DNA of 32,000 nucleotides from an uncultured Desulfobulbia bacterium (GTDB taxonomy: Bacteria > Desulfobacterota > Desulfobulbia > Desulfobulbales > Desulfurivibrionaceae): positions 24,026-56,025 of the forward strand of contig CAYLQA010000023.1 of the NCBI GenBank assembly GCA_964385695.1, given 5' to 3'. This document shows, in pieces, positions 25,396-32,000 of this stretch. Both the position numbers and the translations under genes were made by a program. Under the pieces are notes generated by a model, which made no database searches, was not told the origin of the DNA, and saw only the letters and a list, made by a program, of their open reading frames with translations. Positions within the stretch are counted from its first letter, which is position 1. Every line of letters starts with the position of its first letter.

Positions 25396-26439
25396 CTACT
25401 CCTCTTCTTCTTGTACAGCAAGCTGGCCGCAGGCGGCTGAGATATCTGATCCGCGAGAATCACGGACCAAGGTGGTGAAGCCAGCCTGGCAGAGAATATC
25501 CTGGAATTTTTGAGTGGTTTCAAGGGAGGGGCTTTTGTAGAGATACACATCGTTTTCGTTGTAAGGTAACAGGTTGATCTTACAACGTATTTTATGCAGT
25601 TTTTTTACCAGCAATCTTGCGTGCCGCTCTGAATCATTGATACCCTTGATCATTATATACTCCATCATGATCTTGCGTCGTTTGGGCAGAGGAAACTCAC
25701 GGCAGGCTGCAAGAAGTTCGTCAACCGGGTAGGTGTCGTTGATGGGCATCAGCTTGCTTCTTGTCTCATCGTCCACCGCATGCAAAGAGATGGCAAGGTT
25801 TACCGGCACTGCCTCACCAAGCGCCTTGATTTTTGGAACCAGGCCGCAGGTGGAAACCGTGATCCTGCGGCTGGAAAAATCAAGCCCCCGTTGGTCCATG
25901 AGATTTTTAAGGGAGATGATCAGGTTGTCAAAGTTTGCCAGCGGCTCACCCATCCCCATAAAAACAAGGTTGTTAATCCTTTCGTACCCAAGGGCCTTGG
26001 CTTTTTCACCTATGGCCTGCACCTGGCCCACGATTTCCGAAGGACGCAAATTGCGGATAAAGCCCATGGTGCCGGTCAGACAAAAACGGCAGCCCATGGC
26101 ACAGCCAACCTGGGAGGAGACACAGAGGGTCAGGCGGTCATCTTCTGGAATGAGCACGCTCTCGATAACCTTGTCGTCATGAAGGCGAAAGCCGTATTTG
26201 ATGGTGCCGTCTCGGCTTACCTCTTCCAGCTCCGGCGTGATGTTACTGAAGTAGGATTTTTCTGCCAAAAGGGCGCGGACATCCTTGGCAATATCCGTCA
26301 TCTGTTCAAAGCTGGTGATGCCCGGTCGATACAGCCAGGCAAAAATCTGCCGCGCGCGAAAGGGCTTCAGCCCAAGGGATTGGACCCAATCTGTGAGCTC
26401 ATCAAGGCTCATATCCTTTAAATCTGGCAGGCTGCTCAT
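25396..26439 (-). CDS. rlmN: 23S rRNA/tRNA adenine-C2 methyltransferase RlmN (radical SAM)
   Basis: 347 aa with the motif CVSSQVGCAMGCRFCLTG (CxxxCxxC), MGMGEPL and a C-terminal SDISAACGQL. The start overlaps the upstream gene's stop (ATGA). Confidence 0.92.
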   Translation of the reverse strand: MSSLPDLKDMSLDELTDWVQSLGLKPFRARQIFAWLYRPGITSFEQMTDIAKDVRALLAEKSYFSNITPELEEVSRDGTIKYGFRLHDDKVIESVLIPEDDRLTLCVSSQVGCAMGCRFCLTGTMGFIRNLRPSEIVGQVQAIGEKAKALGYERINNLVFMGMGEPLANFDNLIISLKNLMDQRGLDFSSRRITVSTCGLVPKIKALGEAVPVNLAISLHAVDDETRSKLMPINDTYPVDELLAACREFPLPKRRKIMMEYIMIKGINDSERHARLLVKKLHKIRCKINLLPYNENDVYLYKSPSLETTQKFQDILCQAGFTTLVRDSRGSDISAACGQLAVQEEEE

Positions 26440-27308
26440 AATGCTCGTAAAAACTCCGGCTTCAGGCTTGTTTGGCCGCCAAGGGCAAGGTCAATGGCCT
26501 GCAATATGGTTTCTTTGTCTCTTGGAAGTCTTGCATTAATAGGCAGGTAATTAGAAGCATGGTTGGACTGAAACTGGCAACGTATTAACTCCAGGTGTTG
26601 CACCAGGACCTGTAACTCTGCAAGAAAACCCCTTTGGTCTGGCAAGGCAAAACGCCCCTCTTTTTCATCCTTATAAAGTGGGGTATTGCTGAGCAGCATC
26701 AGGGTAAGAACACCAATCTGTTTTGGTTGCATCTGAGAAAGGACCTTGCCTGTCTCTTTGGCATGCTCAAGGGAGTGATCCCTTCCTCCAATTCCAAGCA
26801 AGGCGGTAACAGAGAGAAAGAGGCCTGCATCATTGACCAACTGCGCCGCCTCGATCAGTTGCTTGCTGGTTGCCCCCTTGTCGATCTTCTCAAGGACAGG
26901 GTCAGAGCCGCTTTCCATACCCAGGTAGACCCGGCTCAACCCCATTTTTTTGAGGGCTGAAAGGTCGGCAACTGTTTTTTGCCGTATGCCTTTGGCGTTA
27001 CCATAGAGACTGATTCGATTCACCCAAGGCAATGCGGTCTTTATTTTTGTAAAGAGTTTGGTAAGGCGTGTTTGTGAAAGGCTTAAAACATCTCCATCGG
27101 CCAGAAAAACTCGCTTTTGCCGTTTACAGTGTTTTTGGGCAAATGCAAGATCCGAGTCAACGATCGCCTCATCTTTAATACGGAATTTTTCCGCCTTATA
27201 GGTCCCGCAAAAGGTGCACCTGTTATGTGAGCAGCCAACCGTGACCTGGAGGATAATGGAATCGGCCTCGCTGGGCGGGCGGATGATATGTTCGCCTTCG
27301 TAGTGCAT
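26436..27308 (-). CDS. Uncharacterised radical SAM protein
   Basis: IIRPPSEADSIILQVTVGCSHNRCTFCGTYK (CxxxCxxC cluster motif), with GMESG and other TIM-barrel radical SAM elements. I place the start at the ATG at 27308 (MHYEGEH...). The tracked GTG at 27350 lies inside an intergenic inverted repeat. Confidence 0.78.
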   Translation of the reverse strand: MHYEGEHIIRPPSEADSIILQVTVGCSHNRCTFCGTYKAEKFRIKDEAIVDSDLAFAQKHCKRQKRVFLADGDVLSLSQTRLTKLFTKIKTALPWVNRISLYGNAKGIRQKTVADLSALKKMGLSRVYLGMESGSDPVLEKIDKGATSKQLIEAAQLVNDAGLFLSVTALLGIGGRDHSLEHAKETGKVLSQMQPKQIGVLTLMLLSNTPLYKDEKEGRFALPDQRGFLAELQVLVQHLELIRCQFQSNHASNYLPINARLPRDKETILQAIDLALGGQTSLKPEFLRAL

Positions 27309-27314
27309 TGAATA

Positions 27315-27358
27315 GTAACGAGTGACGAGTGACGAGAAATAACTTGTCACTCGTCACT
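27315..27358. repeat. Heptamer array / 13-bp perfect inverted repeat between serC and the radical SAM gene
   Basis: Three direct heptamers, GTAACGA GTGACGA GTGACGA (27315-27335). AGTGACGAGTGAC (27321-27333) is the exact reverse complement of GTCACTCGTCACT (27346-27358), with a 12-nt spacer. Confidence 0.7.
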
Positions 27359-27368
27359 AGAAAAAAAA

Positions 27369-28451
27369 TCAGCCGTGATTTTTTTCAAATTCGGCCATGA
27401 AGTTGATCAGCTTGATCACGCCTTCCTTGGGGAATGCATTATAAATGGATGCGCGGCAACCGCCGATTGAGCGGTGCCCCTTTAGGCCGTCAAGACCAAT
27501 GGTTGTTGCCTCGGCAATGAACTGTTGCTCCAACTCCGGTGTTGGCAGGTTAAAGGTCACATTCATCAAAGAACGGCTGTCAAGCTTGGCATGGGGACGG
27601 TAAAAATCACTGCTGTCCAACATATTGTAAAGGATGCCGGCCTTTTCTTTGTTCATCTCTTCCATGGCTGCTACGCCACCCTGTTTCTTAAGCCACTTGA
27701 GGACCAGACCAACGGTGTAGATTGCAAAGCAAGGTGGTGTGTTGAACATGGAGTCTTTATCCGCATGGGTTTTGTAGCGGAACATGGTGGGCACGTTCTC
27801 GGGAGTGCGATCAAGAAGATCTTCACGGACAATAACAATGGTGGTACCAGCCGGACCCATGTTTTTTTGCGCTCCGGCAAAGATCAGGCCAAAACGGCTG
27901 ACATCGATCTTGCGGGAGAGGATATCAGAGGACATATCCGAGACCAGTATTTTGTCGGTCTGGGGCATGGACTGAAACTGGGTGCCGTAAATGGTGTTGT
28001 TTGAAACAAAATAAAGGTACTCGGAGGCATCATTGACTGAATAGTCGCCATCTTGAGGGACATGATTGAAGCTCTGCTCTTCGCTGGAGTAGGCCACATC
28101 AATATCACCAAAGAGTTTTGCTTCTTTGATGGCTTTTTTAGCCCAGGTGCCGGTGTTGAGGTAGGTAGCGGTTTTGCCGTTGCCCAAGAGGTTCATGGGG
28201 ACCATGGCAAACTGGCTGGAGGCGCCTCCCTGAAGGAAGAGAACCTTATAATTATCAGGAATAGCCATCAGCTCGCGCAGGTTACTCTCAGCCTCTTCGG
28301 CAACGGCCATGAATTCCTTTGAGCGGTGGCTTAACTCGATAAGGCCAATGCCTTTATCGTTGAAGTTCACAATATCCTGCGCAGCCTGGGTAAGAACCTC
28401 GTAGGGCAGGGTGCCGGGCCCCGGGCTGAAATTATAAATTCTCTCAGGCAT
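27369..28451 (-). CDS. serC: Phosphoserine aminotransferase
   Basis: 360 aa with N-terminus IYNFSPGPGTLPYEVL and family-typical sequence throughout. An AAGGAGAG RBS sits upstream. Confidence 0.93.
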   Translation of the reverse strand: MPERIYNFSPGPGTLPYEVLTQAAQDIVNFNDKGIGLIELSHRSKEFMAVAEEAESNLRELMAIPDNYKVLFLQGGASSQFAMVPMNLLGNGKTATYLNTGTWAKKAIKEAKLFGDIDVAYSSEEQSFNHVPQDGDYSVNDASEYLYFVSNNTIYGTQFQSMPQTDKILVSDMSSDILSRKIDVSRFGLIFAGAQKNMGPAGTTIVIVREDLLDRTPENVPTMFRYKTHADKDSMFNTPPCFAIYTVGLVLKWLKKQGGVAAMEEMNKEKAGILYNMLDSSDFYRPHAKLDSRSLMNVTFNLPTPELEQQFIAEATTIGLDGLKGHRSIGGCRASIYNAFPKEGVIKLINFMAEFEKNHG

Positions 28452-28671
28452 GTCTCTCTCCTTTTATGGTAATGTGTCGACTCACCGTGCAAAATGTGTC
28501 ATGGGATAAGATCTTCATTGCTGGTGAGCAATTTTTTAAAATAAAAAAGCGCCTCTTGTCGAAAGCGCTGAGAACCTGTTAATTTAACCCGTGTGAAAGA
28601 GATCGACAATAGATTTTTCTTGCCGATCTTTCGTATAAATCAAAGCCTTAGTTTGGTGGGTTACACCTGTT

Positions 28672-29643
28672 TTGTCAGATCCTTTGAATAAATCATCCTC
28701 AGATATAAGCCAACGTCCGCTCCTGGCCCTGGTTGGTCCTACTGCTATAGGCAAAACAGAGCTTTCCTTAGGGCTTGCCGAACGGTTTTCTTGCGAGATT
28801 ATCGGCATGGATTCCATGCAAATATACCGCTATATGAATATCGGCACAGCCAAACCGAGCAAAGAAGAGCGACAAAGGGTCCCCCACCACCTCATTGACT
28901 TTATAAACCCTGACCAGGAGTATCATGTTGCCCGTTTTGTAGAGGATGCCCAGGCTGCCTGCCGGATAATTATCCGGCATGGGAAAAGGCCTTTTCTTGT
29001 GGGCGGCACCGGACTGTATCTCAAGGGGTTGACCGAAGGACTCTTTGATGCGGCACCGGCTGACCAGCAGGTGCGAGAGGAGCTGAAAACGCGGCTTGAC
29101 TCAGAGGGGCGTGAGACTTTGTATGAACAGCTTCAGCGCTGTGACCCGCTTTCCGCCGAACGGATTCACCCCAACGACACCCAGCGTCTTTTGCGTGCCC
29201 TTGAGGTATTTGAAACAACCGGAGTTCCATGGTCTCTGCATATTCAAAAACAGGTTCGAGCCCCTGCTTTTGAGAGAATTTTCAAGATCGGCCTGACCTG
29301 TGAGCGTGAAAAACTCTATGAGCGCATTAATTTACGGGTCAATATGATGGTAGAAGAGGGCCTGTTGGATGAGGTGGAGAGTATTCTCGCCCTGGGCTAT
29401 GGGCCTAACCTTAAGTCCATGCAGTCTATCGGTTACAGGCATACGGTCAATTATCTCAATAAACAGTGGACCTGGGAGCAAACATTGGAGCTCTTGGCCA
29501 GAGATACCAGGCGTTACGCCAAGCGGCAGTATACCTGGTTTAACAATGATCCGGATATCCAATGGTTCGATGTAACGGATCAGGATGGTGTACTTGCTGC
29601 TGTGCAGAAATTTTACGATAAGGATGAAGAGGGGAGGGGATGA
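28672..29643 (+). CDS. miaA: tRNA dimethylallyltransferase (tRNA i6A37 synthase)
   Basis: P-loop LVGPTAIGKTELS, DSMQIYRYMNIGTAKP and HHLID motifs. The start codon is uncertain: TTG at 28672 or a nearby alternative, with no upstream in-frame ATG. Confidence 0.9.
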   Translation: MSDPLNKSSSDISQRPLLALVGPTAIGKTELSLGLAERFSCEIIGMDSMQIYRYMNIGTAKPSKEERQRVPHHLIDFINPDQEYHVARFVEDAQAACRIIIRHGKRPFLVGGTGLYLKGLTEGLFDAAPADQQVREELKTRLDSEGRETLYEQLQRCDPLSAERIHPNDTQRLLRALEVFETTGVPWSLHIQKQVRAPAFERIFKIGLTCEREKLYERINLRVNMMVEEGLLDEVESILALGYGPNLKSMQSIGYRHTVNYLNKQWTWEQTLELLARDTRRYAKRQYTWFNNDPDIQWFDVTDQDGVLAAVQKFYDKDEEGRG

Positions 29644-30200
29644 ACGTTCCAAATTTTTTAACAATTACCAGGATCCTGCTTATACCGCTGCTGGTTATCT
29701 TTTTATTGGAAGGGGAGATGCGTTATGCATTCTGGGTCTTTGTTGCAGCAGGTGTAACAGACGGCCTTGATGGATTTCTCGCCAGACTGCTCAAGCAGAA
29801 AACAGATTTCGGGGCCTTTATCGATCCCATTGCAGACAAGCTGCTGCTCATTACCTCTTATATTACCCTGGCCGTTCTTGAGACAATTCCCAAATGGCTG
29901 ACGGTTGTTGTGGTGAGCCGCGATATACTTATTGTGGGCGGAATTGGGGTTTTGATGTCTTATAACAGGCCATTTGATATCAAGCCCTCATTTGACAGCA
30001 AGATCACGACATTCATGCAGTTGGCCACCATCGCCTTTTTCCTGGGCAGAGATTATCTGCCTCCCACCGGTAATCTGGACATCATCCTGATAGCGTTAAC
30101 CACCTTTTTCACCATTCTTTCCGGCACCCGCTATATCATTATCGGGTTCAGAATCCTTGGCAATCCAGACACAGTCAAACGATCCGGTGATGATGGGTAG
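29640..30200 (+). CDS. pgsA: CDP-alcohol phosphatidyltransferase (phosphatidylglycerophosphate synthase-like)
   Basis: Signature DGLDGFLARLLKQKTDFGAFIDPIADK (DGxxAR...G...D...D) and multiple TM helices. It overlaps the miaA stop (ATGA). Confidence 0.85.
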   Translation: MNVPNFLTITRILLIPLLVIFLLEGEMRYAFWVFVAAGVTDGLDGFLARLLKQKTDFGAFIDPIADKLLLITSYITLAVLETIPKWLTVVVVSRDILIVGGIGVLMSYNRPFDIKPSFDSKITTFMQLATIAFFLGRDYLPPTGNLDIILIALTTFFTILSGTRYIIIGFRILGNPDTVKRSGDDG

Positions 30201-30254
30201 TATTTTTGTGAATTCATCTCGATACAATCAATAGCTAATGTTTAATGTGAGGTT

Positions 30255-32000
30255 TTGGTGGGTTTGGAAACCATGCAATGGCAGTTCCGAAGCAAAGATT
30301 TAGAAGAGCTGGAAGAGATTGCCCGCAAGCTTGGCCTGCCTCGTCCTATTGTTTCAATATTGCACAGTCGCGGACTGGTGTCTCCTGAGGCTATTCAGGA
30401 TTTTTTCTCTCCAACGCTTGCAAAACTCCCTTCTCCGTCCTTGATGAAAGGAATTGGGCAAAGTGTCTTGCTTATCATTCAAGCCATTGAACAGCAAAGA
30501 AAGATCATCATTTATGGTGATTACGATGTCGATGGCACCACTGGCACGGCAATTCTCGAGCTTTTTTTAAGAAAAATTGGGTTTGAGCATGTTTGCTCGG
30601 TGCAGCCACATAGATTGAATCATGGCTATGGACTGCATTTAGAGGCTTTATGCAATCAGGTTGACCGTGAAATTTTGGATGCAAAGCCGCTTTTGATCAC
30701 CGTGGACTGCGGGATTACCGAAAATGAAGTCATTGTGGAATTGAACAGTATGGGAATGGAGGTGATCATAACCGATCATCATCGCACTCAAGAAATGCTT
30801 CCGCCTGCAGCTGCCATAGTGAACCCGTTGCAACCAGGATGTGATTTTCCCTTTAAGGGGTTGGCCGGGGTTGGGGTTGCATTTTATCTCATTATCGGGC
30901 TCAGAAAGGAATTAATAGATCGAGGCATAATCAGCAAAGAGAAAGCACCAAATCTCAAGGAGTTCCTTGATCTTGTGGCCTTGGGTACAGTTGCTGATAT
31001 GGTACCCATGTTAGGTGTAAACCGTATCTTGGTCACAGCTGGCCTTGAGGTGATGAATTCAGGAAAACGTCCTGGCCTTAACAGCCTTATTGGCGTATCC
31101 GGCTGCAATATTGGCCATGTTACAGAAAAAGATCTCGGCTTTCGGCTGGGGCCAAGGGTTAATGCAGCCGGGAGAATGGGAAGCCCCAAGGCAGCGCTGG
31201 AGCTTTTTTTGTGCCAAGATCAGGCAGATGCAGAGAATTTTGCGCAAGAACTAGACAGTATCAACGAGAAAAGAAAGCTGCTTGGTGAAGAGATATTTAC
31301 CGAAGCCTGTATTCTTGCTGAAGAAAAGATCCAAAAAGGCGACAAAGGCCTTGTTGTGTCTGGGAGAGACTGGCACTTTGGCGTGTTAGGCATTGTGGCA
31401 AGCAGGCTGGCAAATAAATACAGTCGGCCGGTAATCCTGTTAAGTTCGGACGGAATAACAGCTAAAGGGTCCGGGCGCAGTGTGGACGGAATAAATTTAT
31501 TCACGATAGTCGATGATCATTGCCGTTCTTTGTTGAATACATTCGGCGGACATAGTGGGGCCATTGGCCTGTCGCTTGCTGAAGAAAAGGTGGCAACGCT
31601 TGATCGTACGCTCCAGGATGCCTTTGGCGATGCGTTTGGGTTTGGCGATATAGCGCCGAAATTCTGTATAGACTTGCGTGATGAAGACAGTAATGTTTTT
31701 ACCAAAAGGTTCCTTAGCATGTATGAGCGTCTTGCGCCATTTGGTGTTGGGAACCCCGAGCCGATCTTTTCAGCAAAAGGGGTTGTGCAACAGAGCCGTG
31801 TGGTTGGCTTAAATCATCTAAAGTTTTCTTTTAAGAGTAATGGATCGATTTATGAGGCCATTGGGTTTGGGATGAAAGAAAAACAAAAAGAGATAGAGTC
31901 CGAAGAGGTTGAGGTTGCCTTTCACCTGAGTAAGAATCATTTTCGGGGAAGAACGAGCTGGCAGCTCCAGGTTGAGGGCACAAGGCCCACAACCACCTGA
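30255..32000 (+). CDS. recJ: Single-stranded-DNA-specific exonuclease RecJ
   Basis: DHH family motifs IYGDYDVDGTTG, ITVDCG and ITDHH, plus a DHHA1 region (GGHSGAIG). The stop TGA is at 31998-32000. The start is ambiguous (TTG 30255, GTG 30258 or ATG 30273). Confidence 0.9.
   Translation: MVGLETMQWQFRSKDLEELEEIARKLGLPRPIVSILHSRGLVSPEAIQDFFSPTLAKLPSPSLMKGIGQSVLLIIQAIEQQRKIIIYGDYDVDGTTGTAILELFLRKIGFEHVCSVQPHRLNHGYGLHLEALCNQVDREILDAKPLLITVDCGITENEVIVELNSMGMEVIITDHHRTQEMLPPAAAIVNPLQPGCDFPFKGLAGVGVAFYLIIGLRKELIDRGIISKEKAPNLKEFLDLVALGTVADMVPMLGVNRILVTAGLEVMNSGKRPGLNSLIGVSGCNIGHVTEKDLGFRLGPRVNAAGRMGSPKAALELFLCQDQADAENFAQELDSINEKRKLLGEEIFTEACILAEEKIQKGDKGLVVSGRDWHFGVLGIVASRLANKYSRPVILLSSDGITAKGSGRSVDGINLFTIVDDHCRSLLNTFGGHSGAIGLSLAEEKVATLDRTLQDAFGDAFGFGDIAPKFCIDLRDEDSNVFTKRFLSMYERLAPFGVGNPEPIFSAKGVVQQSRVVGLNHLKFSFKSNGSIYEAIGFGMKEKQKEIESEEVEVAFHLSKNHFRGRTSWQLQVEGTRPTTT

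Noticed and set aside
27309-27350. GTG-initiated 14-aa N-terminal extension of the radical SAM protein (MTSYFSSLVTRYYS).
   Set aside because: The codons are simply the translated heptamer/inverted-repeat element. The ATG at 27308 gives an N-terminus that leads straight into the conserved IIRPPSEA region.
28584-28817. 77-aa minus-strand ORF in the serC-miaA divergent region.
   Set aside because: It overlaps the conserved 5' end of miaA on the opposite strand and has no recognisable features. The imperfect inverted repeat AGATCGACAA/TTGCCGATCT within 28600-28635 has a mismatch and no U-tract, so I do not call that either.
1-32000. I looked for tRNA/rRNA genes, CRISPR repeat arrays, transposase/integrase genes, terminal inverted repeats of IS elements and toxin-antitoxin or defence-type gene pairs.
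   Set aside because: I recognised none. Every ORF over ~180 aa is assigned to a metabolic or housekeeping family, and the intergenic space is small. A tRNA or ncRNA scan with proper tools was not possible here.

Overview
This 32 kb chromosomal window is almost fully coding. It appears to come from a strictly anaerobic, selenium-using bacterium; the gene content looks Desulfobacterota-like, but the taxon is inference only.

Layout:
- Left end: a nifU(partial)-nifS-thyX operon, then fhs.
- Centre: a long co-directional (+) Wood-Ljungdahl / reductive acetyl-CoA supercluster. Its order is folD, CODH (acsA/cooS), a metF::acsD fusion, acsB, acsC, a giant formate dehydrogenase fusion, a two-module hdrA, and mvhD. 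A strong terminator at 24543-24577 closes it.
- An orphan PilB/GspE-type ATPase with a C-terminal cyclic-nucleotide-binding domain separates fhs from folD.
- Right end: minus-strand serC, radical SAM, rlmN and a degenerate-REC/PilZ gene, then plus-strand miaA-pgsA-recJ.

Key point: the ORF track breaks three consecutive genes at in-frame TGA codons (FDH at 18999-19001, hdrA at 20875-20877, mvhD at 23955-23957). Each TGA sits exactly where these families carry a conserved redox Cys. Each is followed 12-22 nt downstream by a small hairpin with a G/U-containing apical loop. I read these as selenocysteine codons with bacterial SECIS elements, not as stops or pseudogenes.

Most unusual architectures:
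- MetF is fused to AcsD through a roughly 270-aa acidic/Ala-rich linker that includes 13 tandem A-x-E-A-K-K-like hexads.
- FdhA is fused to a GltD-like NAD(P)H flavoprotein module (1373 aa).
- HdrA has two modules (1020 aa) and there is no hdrB/hdrC.
- No acsE, cooC/acsF or metV lies in the window.

I recognised no rRNA, tRNA, CRISPR array, transposase or integrase by eye.
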